This document shows positions 20,537 through 34,033 of a stretch of DNA of 64,000 nucleotides, piece by piece. Origin of the DNA: an uncultured Planctomycetota bacterium (GTDB lineage: Bacteria > Planctomycetota > Planctomycetia > Isosphaerales > Isosphaeraceae). Positions within the stretch are counted from its first letter, which is position 1; each line of letters begins with the position of its first letter. Position numbers and translations under genes: made by a program. Location: assembly GCA_963823665.1 (NCBI GenBank), contig CAWGMQ010000003.1, forward strand, positions 1,600,001 through 1,664,000. The letters are read 5' to 3'. Below the pieces are notes generated by a model. It ran no database searches. It had not been told where the DNA came from and was given only the letters and a program-made list of their open reading frames with translations.

Positions 20537-20832
20537 GGGAAGAAACGACCGGACATCAACCGATGGGCGAGTCGGGCCAGGTCATCGCGGGGCTGTGCGC
20601 GTGCAGGAGTCGGCGGCGTGATGGGGTGACACTTATTCCGCGTGGCTTACCGCGCCTGAAGTCGAGAATTTGAGGTCGCTGCGTGTGCGTTCGCTTTGGC
20701 CTGAGGCGGCAAATCGCATGGCAATTGCTTGATCCGGCGGGCGGCACACGGAGTGTGCCTGCTACATGGATTATCGCTTATCTTTTCACACCACCATGTC
20801 ATGTTAGATTCATGCGTTAGGCCGAAAGCGTA

Positions 20833-21065
20833 CCAGGGGCTCGAAGGCCCTGGCGATTGACCTTTGCCTCGTTGGGGCATGTCGATCTGCGGACCCAAGC
20901 GCGCCGCGGAGCGGCACCTCGGACGTTCCGACGCGGAAGCGTCGGAACGAGGAGATTGAGAGCGCTCTTTCGCGGAGCGAAAGAGGACGATCGAGCACGG
21001 CGGGACTAGCGACGCGGGTGCACTCGCGCGTTTCAATCGCCGGCGCGGAAGCGTCGGAACGAGGA
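20833..21065. repeat. REP mosaic homologous to 17206-17480
   Basis: CCAGGGG..CCCTGGC..TTGACCTTTGCC.CGTTGGGGC, TTCCGACGCGGAAGCGTCGGAACGAG and CTCTTTCGCGGAGCGAAAG occur in the same order as at 17.2-17.5 kb. Confidence 0.8.
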
Positions 21066-21334
21066 GGAGGCGCGGCTTGGGCATGACGCGGGGAGGAGTG
21101 CCCTGCCTGAATCGCTTCAGGCGAGATCGACCCTGCGGATTGTGTGGATTCAACCGCCTGCGGTTTCCACGGAATCAAAGAAGGATTTAACAAACGCGGG
21201 GCTCTGGACGACGTTCTTAATAAGGCAATTCGGGCAAGCTTGATAAGAGCTGACGAGGCGGAGCTTTCCTGGGCTGTTCGGTGTTGAAAAGAGCTGTTTT
21301 CTCAGCGAAACGAAGTGAAAAGGAGAGAATCATC

Positions 21335-22999
21335 ATGGTGAGCGAAGCCAAGATTGCGGCGAACCGCAGGAACGCCACAAAAAGCTGCGGGCCCAAAACG
21401 GAGGCTGGTAAGAAAATCGCCCGATTCAATGCACTCACGCATGGAATGACAGCTGAAATTGCGATGTTGCCGGAGGAGGATGCGGCGGTTTATGAATCGC
21501 GCCGGAGGGACTGGTTCGAGCAGTACAAGCCGCGGAATGGTGTGGAAGCGGCCAAGGTTGAACGGAGTTTTTACTTGTGGTGGCAACTCGGGCGGATCGG
21601 ACGTGCACAGTCGGCGCAGCTCTGTGAGAAATCCCGGACGGCGGAGAGTGAACGGCTGGCGAGTGAAGCCAGAGAGACGATCGAGCTGTCGATCAAGCTC
21701 TTTCTGCCGACCCCGGAGGCTCGCTGGGGGACTGCGGAGAATTCGACGCGCGACCGAGGTTTTGAGCATCCCGCACTGATCGAGAGCCGGCTGGAAGAAC
21801 TGGAGGACGGCTGCCGGTGGCTTCACGCGCAGTGGAAGGAGGAAGCCGCGATTCTGGACGCAGGCAAAGCTTGGGGGGCGATCGAGTGCTTCAAGGCGAT
21901 CAGGCTGATGGGAATGCATGTCCTCTCGGCTATCGATCTCAACGAGGTGGCCGATTTCCTGCGGCCGTGCGTGGCACTGGCCGGAAAGGGAATCGGGCTG
22001 GCGAGGGAAACATGGACGCTGCTTGCTCCGCCCGATGCCGAGCGAGGTTGGGAGGTGCTGCGCAGCCAGTTGGAACCATGTGACGCGCTGCCCATGGGCG
22101 CGGAAGAAGCGAGGGAATGGTTACGCGAGACAGTCGAAACGCAGATCGGGCGGCTGGCCGAGAAAATCGAGGAGCACGAAAGCGTCGCCGAGGTCCTCGG
22201 GACACTGGCGCGTGACCTGCATGCTTTCGACTGGAGCCCTCTCGCCGAGCGGACGCGACGGTACGAGCGGGCCTGTCAACGAACCGTCGACCGAATCGAT
22301 CGCGAGCTAGAAACACGGCCTTGGCTGTCGTCTGAGCAATTCGTGCCGGCATCTACGTCGTACCGGAGGCTGACCCCGAGCTTGATGCAATCCATGCGTG
22401 CGAGGTTAATGGCGGGTGATGCGATCGGCGCAGCCGACGACGATGATGAGGACGAAGCTGCTCGCCAGCAAAACGAAGCCAACGGACACGACGCCGTTGA
22501 ATCGACGATGAAGTTCGTCGATGACGGGCGGACGCATGTTTGCGAAGCCGAGGGCGACACCCCTGGCAGGCACGAAGTAACGATGAATTATGGCGATACG
22601 GCCGCTCGACGAAACGAAGCCAACGGGCATGAGCGGTCGGGAGAAGCGCCGCGACGAAACGAAGCCAACGGGGTCGACGGAGCGTCGCCCTTGATGCGAC
22701 GAAACGAAGCCAACGGCACGGAAGAGGGTTCGGTCGCGACGATTGACGAGTTTGAGAGGTCGAAGGTCGCCGGCGGCTCGCGCGGCGATGGTACCTCGTC
22801 CGAAGAAACAAGTGGCGAAACACCGCAACAATCGACTGACCTCGCGTGTGAGACCCAGGCTGAGGCGGTCGAGAGGCGCCAGGTGGGCTCGGCGACGGTG
22901 ACACGATTCAGCCTTGCTGCGGGCGTGAACGGAAATAGGGCCGATTCGCGCCGTGAGCGCCGTGCGCGGCGGCGGGAAATGCGGCAACGAACCCGTTGA
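21335..22999 (+). CDS. Uncharacterised protein (N-terminal AANRRNA..S.GP.T..GK...NAL.HG motif; C-terminal RRNEANG repeats)
   Basis: ATG 21335 with AAGGAGAG RBS; about 554 aa; N-terminus resembles the STGPxTxEGK (HGGxSTG-related) motif. Confidence 0.75.
   Translation: MVSEAKIAANRRNATKSCGPKTEAGKKIARFNALTHGMTAEIAMLPEEDAAVYESRRRDWFEQYKPRNGVEAAKVERSFYLWWQLGRIGRAQSAQLCEKSRTAESERLASEARETIELSIKLFLPTPEARWGTAENSTRDRGFEHPALIESRLEELEDGCRWLHAQWKEEAAILDAGKAWGAIECFKAIRLMGMHVLSAIDLNEVADFLRPCVALAGKGIGLARETWTLLAPPDAERGWEVLRSQLEPCDALPMGAEEAREWLRETVETQIGRLAEKIEEHESVAEVLGTLARDLHAFDWSPLAERTRRYERACQRTVDRIDRELETRPWLSSEQFVPASTSYRRLTPSLMQSMRARLMAGDAIGAADDDDEDEAARQQNEANGHDAVESTMKFVDDGRTHVCEAEGDTPGRHEVTMNYGDTAARRNEANGHERSGEAPRRNEANGVDGASPLMRRNEANGTEEGSVATIDEFERSKVAGGSRGDGTSSEETSGETPQQSTDLACETQAEAVERRQVGSATVTRFSLAAGVNGNRADSRRERRARRREMRQRTR
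22466..22716 (+). repeat. 20-bp direct repeat / 25-bp spacer mini-array inside the CDS
   Basis: CGACGAAACGAAGCCAACGG is exact at 22607, 22652 and 22697 (45-bp period), with a variant CAGCAAAACGAAGCCAACGG at 22466. Confidence 0.85.
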
Positions 23000-23036
23000 T
23001 GGTGCGGAGCACGAGGGCGACTTCTGGACGAGATAC

Positions 23037-23171
23037 TTGCCTCGGCAGTGGGTACGGCGGTATGATTCACTTCTGTGTTGCCGCGCTGGTGGTGCGCTCA
23101 TGGCTGCCGCGGGCGAATACCTGGTCGGCCGGGGAAAGCCCTTGCATGACGGCGACTTCGGGGGTTATAGT
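23037..23171 (+). promoter_or_regulatory. Two tandem sigma70-like promoters for the tRNA-tuf operon
   Basis: TTGCCT(23037)-18-TATGAT(23061) and TTGCAT(23142)-18-TATAGT(23166). Confidence 0.55.
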
Positions 23172-23193
23172 TAGCGATTTCACGGTGCAAACT

Positions 23194-23266
23194 GCTGGCG
23201 TAGCTCAACCGGTAGAGCATCGGTTTTGTAAACCGAGGGTTGTGAGTTCGAGTCCCACCGCCAGCT
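23194..23266 (+). tRNA. tRNA-Thr(TGT)
   Basis: Acceptor GCTGGCG/CGCCAGC, anticodon arm TCGGT-TT-TGT-AA-ACCGA, TTCGA T-loop; CCA not encoded. Confidence 0.95.
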
Positions 23267-23337
23267 CTGCCGGAGGCGGTTATTCAGCGTGTTGTGTTGT
23301 GGGCTTTACCGGGTTGTACGGGGAAGCCGGGGATTTC

Positions 23338-23419
23338 GGGTGGATACCCAAGCGGCCAAAGGGGCCAGACTGTAAATCTGGTGGCAATGCCTTCGCAGGT
23401 TCGAATCCTGCTCCACCCA
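23338..23419 (+). tRNA. tRNA-Tyr(GTA)
   Basis: Acceptor GGGTGGA/TCCACCC, anticodon arm CCAGA-CT-GTA-AA-TCTGG, long variable arm. Confidence 0.95.
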
Positions 23420-23475
23420 TGTCGCGTCCGATTGGGTTGGACTGGGTTCGACTAGGCGGCTCGATGGGAGAAACC

Positions 23476-23546
23476 GCGGGTGTAACTCAATGGTAGAGTA
23501 CCTGCCTTCCAAGCAGGCAACGTGGGTTCGATTCCCATCACCCGCT
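23476..23546 (+). tRNA. tRNA-Gly(TCC)
   Basis: Acceptor GCGGGTG/CACCCGC, anticodon arm CCTGC-CT-TCC-AA-GCAGG. Confidence 0.95.
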
Positions 23547-23638
23547 TTCATCCGGGGTGTGCGGAAGAGTGGTCGCGGAAAGGCAGCGAACGCGGAAGCA
23601 GCAGGACGGGTCAGATGATGAGGGTTGTGTGAGGAAAT

Positions 23639-23711
<73 letters not shown>

Positions 23712-23882
23712 CTGGCGTTCTTGAAGCCGGGCCATTTTGCATATGGTCCGCGGGAATCTTGGTGGTTTCGTCTGAGTACATTACATCGGGCTTGTCTTGA
23801 GCCGGCATGGCAAGCTTGCAGCGGGTTTCGCCGGTGGGGCCTTCACAAAGCCTGATGCTTCTAGGAGACGACGGGAGAAACG

Positions 23883-25094
23883 ATGGCCAAGGAAACTTTC
23901 ACGAGAACCAAGCCGCACGTCAACGTGGGCACAATCGGGCACATCGATCACGGCAAAACGACCCTCACGGCCGCAATCCTGGCGGTCCTGGCCGAGCGCG
24001 GCAAGGCCAAGACCAAATCGTACCAGGATATTGCCAAGGGAGGGACTGTGCGCGATTCGACCAAGACGGTGACGATCGCCGTCTCGCACGTTGAGTACGA
24101 GAGCGAGAAGCGGCATTACGCCCACATCGACTGCCCGGGGCACGCCGATTACATCAAGAACATGATCACGGGCGCGGCCCAGATGGATGGGGCGATCCTG
24201 GTGGTCTCGGCCGCCGACGGCCCGATGCCGCAGACCCGCGAACACATCCTGCTTGCGCGTCAGGTCGGCGTGCCGGCCCTGGTCGTGTTCCTCAACAAAA
24301 TCGACCTGGTCGACGACGAGGAGCTGCTGGAGCTGGTCGAGATGGAGCTGCGCGAGCTGCTCACGCACTACAAGTTCCCGGGGGACGAGATCCCGATCGT
24401 GCGCGGCAGCAGCCGTCCGGCGCTTGAGAACCCCAAGGACGAGAAGGCCGCGAAGCCGATCCTGGACCTGGTGAAGGCGATGGACGAATACATCCCCGAG
24501 CCGGTGCGCGAGATCGACAAGCCGTTCTTGATGCCGATTGAAGACGTCTTCTCGATCAAGGGCCGCGGCACGGTGGGCACGGGCCGGATCGAGCGCGGCA
24601 AGTGCAAGGTGGGCGACGCGGTCGAGATCGTCGGCTTCGGCGTGAAGAAAGCGTCGACGATCACCGGCGTCGAGGCGTTTCAGAAGACGATGGACGAGGG
24701 AATGGCCGGCGACAACGTCGGGGTGCTCCTGCGAGGCGTTGAGAAGACCGACCTCGAGCGCGGGCAGGTGGTCTGCAAGCCGAACTCGATCACCCCGCAT
24801 ACGAAATTCGAGGCCGAGGTGTACGTTCTCAGCAAGGATGAAGGCGGAAGGCACACGCCGTTCTTCAAGGGCTATTGCCCGCAGTTTTATTTCCGTACCA
24901 CGGACGTGACCGGCTCGATCTTGAACCTCCTGTCTGAGAACAACACGGAGGCCGAGATGTGCATGCCGGGTGACAATATCAAGATGACCGTCGAGCTCAA
25001 GACACCGATCGCGATGGAGGAAAGCCTGCGGTTCGCCATTCGCGAGGGGGGCAAGACGGTCGGAGCGGGCGTCGTGGCGAAGATCCTCGAGTGA
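23883..25094 (+). CDS. tuf: Elongation factor Tu
   Basis: [21 protein letters not shown]; planctomycete-type [10 protein letters not shown] insertion. Confidence 0.99.
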   Translation: MAKETFTRTKPHVNVGTIGHIDHGKTTLTAAILAVLAERGKAKTKSYQDIAKGGTVRDSTKTVTIAVSHVEYESEKRHYAHIDCPGHADYIKNMITGAAQMDGAILVVSAADGPMPQTREHILLARQVGVPALVVFLNKIDLVDDEELLELVEMELRELLTHYKFPGDEIPIVRGSSRPALENPKDEKAAKPILDLVKAMDEYIPEPVREIDKPFLMPIEDVFSIKGRGTVGTGRIERGKCKVGDAVEIVGFGVKKASTITGVEAFQKTMDEGMAGDNVGVLLRGVEKTDLERGQVVCKPNSITPHTKFEAEVYVLSKDEGGRHTPFFKGYCPQFYFRTTDVTGSILNLLSENNTEAEMCMPGDNIKMTVELKTPIAMEESLRFAIREGGKTVGAGVVAKILE

Positions 25095-25160
25095 CGCGCC
25101 GGGATGGCTCGCGCCTTTGATCGGCATGACGAATTGAGTTGAATCGAATCAAGAAAAGAT

Positions 25161-25194
25161 GGCGACTCGGTCTCCGAAAGGTGACCGAGTCGCC
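25161..25194. terminator. Strong hairpin after tuf (terminator or stability element)
   Basis: GGCGACTCGGTC-TCCGAAAGGT-GACCGAGTCGCC, a perfect 12-bp stem; no U-tract follows on the + strand. Confidence 0.55.
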
Positions 25195-25298
25195 GAGCTA
25201 TCTACACCCTGTCGAACACGTAGCAAGCGGTGAGTCTCGGGCTCCTTGTATTCGCGGGGCTCTGAGAAGTTGACGGGAAGAGGGGCAGGAGCAAGCAA

Positions 25299-25451
25299 AT
25301 GCGGGAATACGTCTGGCTCGAATGCAGCACGTGCGGCGAACGAAACTACCGGGTGCAGAAGGAAACACGCGGCGCCAACCGGCTTGAACTGAAGAAATAC
25401 TGCAGCCGCGAAAGGAAGCACACGCCACACAAGGAATCACGCAAGAAATAG
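25299..25451 (+). CDS. rpmG: 50S ribosomal protein L33 (absent from the ORF track)
   Basis: MREYVWLECSTCGERNYRVQKETRGANRLELKKYCSRERKHTPHKESRKK; AGGAG RBS; syntenic position. Confidence 0.95.
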   Translation: MREYVWLECSTCGERNYRVQKETRGANRLELKKYCSRERKHTPHKESRKK

Positions 25452-25475
25452 GGATCGGGTAGGAGCGCGGCGGGC

Positions 25476-25680
25476 ACCCCCCCTGGCCCCCCCTTTGCAA
25501 GGGGGGGAAAGGTTTAGCGGTTGCAAAGGGGGGGGGGAAAGGATGTGGGATTCGCAAGGGGGGAAATGGTGCCCGGAGGAGAGGATCAATCGCCTGCACG
25601 CACCCCCCCTGGCCCCCCCTTCTCAAGGGGGGGAAGGAAGTGTGCCTGGCCACCCCCTTCTCAAGGGGGGGGAAGGAAGT
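25476..25680. repeat. Cluster of poly-C/poly-G palindromic REP-like elements (also at 27478-27510 and 53832-53865)
   Basis: ACCCCCCCTGGCCCCCCCTT-(TGC/CTC)-AAGGGGGGGAA repeated, plus half copies. Confidence 0.85.
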
Positions 25681-25787
25681 GTTTAAGAGGGACGGAAACG
25701 CTTGCGGGATTGCGAGTTTCTGGCGGTGTGCTGTCCGATCCATCTGGACGCGAAGGTTTGAACGTGGATTTGATTTCCGGAAGATAT

Positions 25788-25860
25788 ACGAGCGTAGCTC
25801 AACTGGGAGAGCACCGGTCTCCAAAACCGGCGGTTGGGGGTTCGATTCCCTCCGCTCGTG
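25788..25860 (+). tRNA. tRNA-Trp(CCA)
   Basis: Acceptor ACGAGCG/CGCTCGT, anticodon arm CCGGT-CT-CCA-AA-ACCGG; lies before secE. Confidence 0.95.
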
Positions 25861-26014
25861 CTGTCGCGAGGCGGCCTGGCGGGGGCAGTGTTGGCGCGGT
25901 GCGAGAGAGAGGGTCTTGCCGGGGCCGGGGATGCCGGGCGAGGTGAGAGGTGAGCGGAAGGGCGAGGGGGATTGTCTGGTCCATTGCCGAACGAACGACT
26001 GAGAATCAGGTGTC

Positions 26015-26541
26015 ATGGGTAAACTGAAAGAGGGAATCACGGCGTCGACGCTCATCGAAGCCGGCCAAGGGGAAAGCTGGTGGGCAGGCCAAGGGCCTGT
26101 TTTCCTCTTTCCTGACCAACTTGATTCGCGCCGATCTGTTCAAGCCGATGCAGGGGTGGTACGCGCGGGTGTGGACCGCCGTCGGGCTGGGAGTGGTGGT
26201 TGCGGCGGGGGCCTACAGGATTTACGAGGCGAGTCTCGAGTATTCAGCTGGGCTGGCGGCTTGGGATTCCGGCGGCCTTTGCGGCCGTACTGGGATGGGT
26301 CGTTTTTCGGATCGTGCATTTTCCACCGTTTGCGGAGTTCTTGATCGCAACCGAAGCGGAGATGAACAAGGTCTCGTGGACCAGCAAGGACGATTTGATC
26401 CGCGCGACCACCGTGGTGCTGACGACCGTCTTGCTGATGGCGGTCTATCTGTTCGTGGTGGATACGCTCTGGACGTTCATCCTGCGACTGATCGGAGTTC
26501 TTCAGTTCACCGGCGGCGGTGGTTTCGGGTCGACGGGCTGA
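26015..26541 (+). CDS. secE: Preprotein translocase subunit SecE (3-TM type); two apparent +1 assembly indels near 26051 and 26250
   Basis: FKPMQGWYAR and FAEFLIATEAEMNKVSWTSK motifs lie in different frames; synteny. Confidence 0.9.
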
Positions 26542-26663
26542 GCTGTACCGGAACGGGACAACCGTGGCCGGACCGGATGACAGGATTGGGACCGGGATGA
26601 CTTCCCGGAGGCGTGTTCGAACAAGAGCGCGAGGCGGGCAACGATCGTCTTGAGATTTTCACC

Positions 26664-27440
26664 ATGAGCGAATCGACCGAAGAAATGACTGACCCGACAC
26701 AAGCCGAGGAATCGGTGCGGGCGACCAAGCGCGCGGCGTCGGCGATCGAGGTCGACGAACAGACGCCTGACGGCGGCCACGCGGAGACCCGTGCGGATAG
26801 CGGGTCGGCGGACGAAGCGGCCGCGCCGGCGAGTGCGGCAGCACCGGCTGAATCTGCTGCAAAGGCATCTGCGTCTGCGCCGGACGACGACGAAGACCCC
26901 GCACCGGAACTGGTGTGGTACGTGCTGAAGGTTCAGAGCTCGCGGGAAGACACGATTCGCGACACGCTGCAGCGCCGGGTGAAGATCCAGGGGCTGGAGA
27001 AGTACTTCGGCCAGATCGTGGTTCCGACGGAGAAGATCACCGAGATCCGCAACAACAAGAAACGGATCGTCGAGCGCAAGACTTATCCGGGCTACATCAT
27101 GGTCCAGATGGAGCTGAACGAGAAGACGTGGTTCACGGTGCGGGAGACACCCGGAGTGGGCGACTTCGTCGGCGCGCACGGGACTCCCACCAAGATGACC
27201 GACACCGAAGTGAACCAGATGCTGAACCAGGAAGAAGAGAAGACGACCGCTGAAACGCCCAAGGTGCGGATCGACGTCGAGCGCGGCGACCGAGTGAAGA
27301 TCAAGGACGGACCGTTCGAGAACTTCGAGGGGACCGTCGAGGAGGTCATCGAGGGCCGCGGGCTGGTCAAGGTGATGCTGATCATCTTCAACCGGCCGAC
27401 GCCGGTGGACCTGGAATACTGGCAGCTCGAGCGGATTTGA
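26664..27440 (+). CDS. nusG: Transcription termination/antitermination factor NusG with acidic N-terminal extension
   Basis: WYVLKVQS, YPGYIMVQM, KOW motif GDRVKIKDGPFENFEGTV. Confidence 0.97.
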   Translation: MSESTEEMTDPTQAEESVRATKRAASAIEVDEQTPDGGHAETRADSGSADEAAAPASAAAPAESAAKASASAPDDDEDPAPELVWYVLKVQSSREDTIRDTLQRRVKIQGLEKYFGQIVVPTEKITEIRNNKKRIVERKTYPGYIMVQMELNEKTWFTVRETPGVGDFVGAHGTPTKMTDTEVNQMLNQEEEKTTAETPKVRIDVERGDRVKIKDGPFENFEGTVEEVIEGRGLVKVMLIIFNRPTPVDLEYWQLERI

Positions 27441-27586
27441 GCGGAGAGGCGGACATTGCGACGGCTGGGGCGGGGCCACCCCCCCTGCCCCCCCTTTTCA
27501 AGGGGGGAAAGTTTTTGAGGCGTTTGCAGGGGCGAAAGATCACTGCGACAGCGACGTTAACTTTAAAAGATGTGTGAGAATCGACG

Positions 27587-28012
27587 ATGGCGAAGGTGAT
27601 GACGGCGAAAGTGAAGCTGCAGTGTCCTGGAGGCCAGGCGACGCCGGCGCCGCCGGTTGGGCCGGCGCTCGGGCAGCACGGGGTGAACATCGGCCAGTTC
27701 GTGATGCAGTTCAACGAGCGGACCAAGGAGATGAAGGGGACGACCATCCCGGTCGAGATCACCATCTACTCGGACCGCAGCTTCGAGTTCATCACCAAGA
27801 GCCCGCCTGCGGCCGTGCTGCTCAAGCAGGCCGCCGGGATCGCCGCCGGCTCGGCCGAGCCCAACAAGACCAAGGTCGGTGCCGTGACGCCCGAGCAGGT
27901 GAAGAAGATTGCCGAGACCAAGTTTGCCGATTTGAACGCCCGGGACATCGAGCATGCCTGCCGGATCATCGCGGGGACGGCCCGGAGCATGGGGGTGGAG
28001 ATCAAGGGGTAA
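27587..28012 (+). CDS. rplK: 50S ribosomal protein L11
   Basis: [18 protein letters not shown]...GTARSMG. Confidence 0.99.
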   Translation: MAKVMTAKVKLQCPGGQATPAPPVGPALGQHGVNIGQFVMQFNERTKEMKGTTIPVEITIYSDRSFEFITKSPPAAVLLKQAAGIAAGSAEPNKTKVGAVTPEQVKKIAETKFADLNARDIEHACRIIAGTARSMGVEIKG

Positions 28013-28120
28013 CTGTCTCAAACAACCGCGATTCACAAGCGTGAGCCCGGCGCGACCGCCCGCGGGCACATCCCCCGAGATTCATGGCGGCAGCTCATTT
28101 GAGCGAAAGGACGAGAGACT

Positions 28121-28801
28121 TTGACACAACATTCCAAACGATTTCGAGCGCTCGGCGAGAAGGTCAAGATTCCGGCCCCGGTTGCGCTGCCCGAGGCGGT
28201 GCGGATCTTGAAGACCTTCGGCACGACGAAATTCAACCAGACCGTCGAGGTGGCGACGCACCTGGGAATCGATCCCAAGCAAACCGATCAGAACGTCCGC
28301 GGCTCGGTGGCGCTGCCGCATGGGCTGGGCAAGAGCAAGCGGGTGGCGGTCTTCGCCCAGGGCGAGAACGCCGAGAAAGCCCGGGCGGCGGGGGCCGACA
28401 TTGTGGGGGGCGACGATCTGGCGCAGCAAATCAAGGGCGGGACGATGGACTTCGACGTGGCGCTGGCCACCCCGGACATGATGGGGGTCGTGGGGCCGCT
28501 GGGCCGCGTGCTGGGCCCGCGGGGGCTCATGCCGTCGCCGCGCTCGGGCACGGTCACGACCGACATCGCCTCCGCGGTCCGTGAATTCAAGGCGGGCAAG
28601 ATCGAGTTTCGCAATGACAAAGGGGGCAACGTCGCCGTGCCGGTGGGCAAGCTCGCTTTCAGCGAAGAGCAGTTGGTCGACAACATCAACGCGTTTCTGA
28701 ACTACCTTCGCTCGCTCAAACCAGCCACAGCCAAGGGAACATATATCCGCTCGATCACCATCTCGGCCACGATGAGCCCGGGCATCCGGATCACGGGCTA
28801 A
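28121..28801 (+). CDS. rplA: 50S ribosomal protein L1
   Basis: [19 protein letters not shown] start. Confidence 0.98.
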   Translation: MTQHSKRFRALGEKVKIPAPVALPEAVRILKTFGTTKFNQTVEVATHLGIDPKQTDQNVRGSVALPHGLGKSKRVAVFAQGENAEKARAAGADIVGGDDLAQQIKGGTMDFDVALATPDMMGVVGPLGRVLGPRGLMPSPRSGTVTTDIASAVREFKAGKIEFRNDKGGNVAVPVGKLAFSEEQLVDNINAFLNYLRSLKPATAKGTYIRSITISATMSPGIRITG

Positions 28802-28907
28802 GCGCGCGACCAGAGCCGGCCAAACAAGCCGGTGAAGTTGTGAACGAGGCCGGGGTGAGATCGCAGCACGGGAAACAATCGTAGACGCGGGGACTTTAAC
28901 TAGAGCC

Positions 28908-29525
28908 ATGAGTAAATACGTCAAAGAACTGATGATGGATCAGCTCAAATCGGACCTTGACGGGAACCGATCGCTGCTGATTGTCGATCTCAAGAATTTG
29001 GACGCCATCGCCGAGCACGGGTTCCGGCGCGACCTGCGCAAGAAGTCGATCCGGCTCCGGGTGCTCAAGAACTCGCTGGCCCGTCGCGTTTTCTCGGACA
29101 TGGGGATGGATGGCCTTTCGAAGTACCTCGAAGGGCAATCGGCCGTGGTCTGGGGGGGCGAGGGTCCATCCGAGCTCGCCAAGGAAATCACCACCCAGTT
29201 CAAGACGCTCAAGAAGCCGCAGATCAAGGGCGGCGCCGTCGACGGGGTGATTGTCGGGCCCGAGCAGGTGGACGACATCACCAAGCTGCCCAGCCGGGAG
29301 GTGCTGATCGGCCAGGTGCTGTCGCTCGTACTGGGACCGGCGCAGCAGGTTCTTTCGATGCTCACGTCGCCGGCCTCGACCGTGATCGGCCAGCTCGAAG
29401 CGCTGGCCAAGCGCGTGGGCGAGGCCGAACCGGCGGCAGAGGAGCCGGCGGCAGAGGAGCCAGCGGCAGCCGAGCCAGCGGCAGCCGAGCCGGCGGCAGC
29501 CGAGCCGGCGGCCGAAACCACTTGA
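28908..29525 (+). CDS. rplJ: 50S ribosomal protein L10 with C-terminal (EPAAA/E)n tail
   Basis: RVLKNSLARR, LPSREVLIGQ; synteny. Confidence 0.95.
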   Translation: MSKYVKELMMDQLKSDLDGNRSLLIVDLKNLDAIAEHGFRRDLRKKSIRLRVLKNSLARRVFSDMGMDGLSKYLEGQSAVVWGGEGPSELAKEITTQFKTLKKPQIKGGAVDGVIVGPEQVDDITKLPSREVLIGQVLSLVLGPAQQVLSMLTSPASTVIGQLEALAKRVGEAEPAAEEPAAEEPAAAEPAAAEPAAAEPAAETT

Positions 29526-29718
29526 GCACGCTCTTCCCGCCAGGGCTTCACTCGGAAGTTATTGACATTTCATGTGATATGTCGTGATGATAACCGGTCG
29601 GAACGGACGGCCCGCCTGATTCCGCCCGGTTGACTTTGAACAGCAGATTCGAGTCAGGGCCTCGCAGACACCCAAACCTTTTACGTTCACGTTCCACGAG
29701 GAAAGGACCGTTCGACCG

Positions 29719-30132
29719 ATGTCAACCGCGGAAGCAACCACGTTCGCCGACAACATCAAGACCCTGGGCGATTCTCTGGTCAACATGAAGGTTCTCGAGG
29801 TGCTTCAGCTCACGAAGTACCTGAAAGAGACGTACAACCTCGAGGCCGCGGCGGCGACCGTGGCCATGCACCCAGGCGGTGGTGGCGGTGCGCCGGCCGC
29901 TGAAGCGGCGCCTGCGGTCAAGACCGAGTTCGACGTGTCGCTCGAGGCGATCGGCCCCAACAAGATCCAGGTCATCAAGGTGGTGCGAGCAGCCACGCAG
30001 CTCGGTCTCAAGGAGGCCAAGGACCTGGTCGAAGCCGCACCCAAGGATGTCAAGACCGGCCTTTCCAAGGAGGACGCCGAGAAACTGAAGAAAGAGCTCG
30101 AAGACACCGGCGCGACCGTGAAGATCAAGTGA
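29719..30132 (+). CDS. rplL: 50S ribosomal protein L7/L12
   Basis: KTEFDVSL...[24 protein letters not shown]. Confidence 0.98.
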   Translation: MSTAEATTFADNIKTLGDSLVNMKVLEVLQLTKYLKETYNLEAAAATVAMHPGGGGGAPAAEAAPAVKTEFDVSLEAIGPNKIQVIKVVRAATQLGLKEAKDLVEAAPKDVKTGLSKEDAEKLKKELEDTGATVKIK

Positions 30133-30295
30133 TCCGCGCGCGGAAACATGCGTTCAATTGTTCGACGATTTTGATGCCGGTAGGGCGCGTGCCCACGGCA
30201 TCGAGAGCGTGCGGGTGCGCAGTGCGGTCATACGCACGCAAGAGCGCCTGCTCGAACGGCCTCGTATACTTCTTTCTCTTCTGGAGCGCGAGCCC

Positions 30296-34007
<3,712 letters not shown>

Positions 34008-34033
34008 TTCACTCCCCTCGCTGGAACCCCCTT

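Noticed and set aside
28802..28907. L10 leader RNA before rplJ
   Set aside because: Only a weak CGTAGAC...TTAA resemblance is present, without the expected pairing; not supportable by eye.
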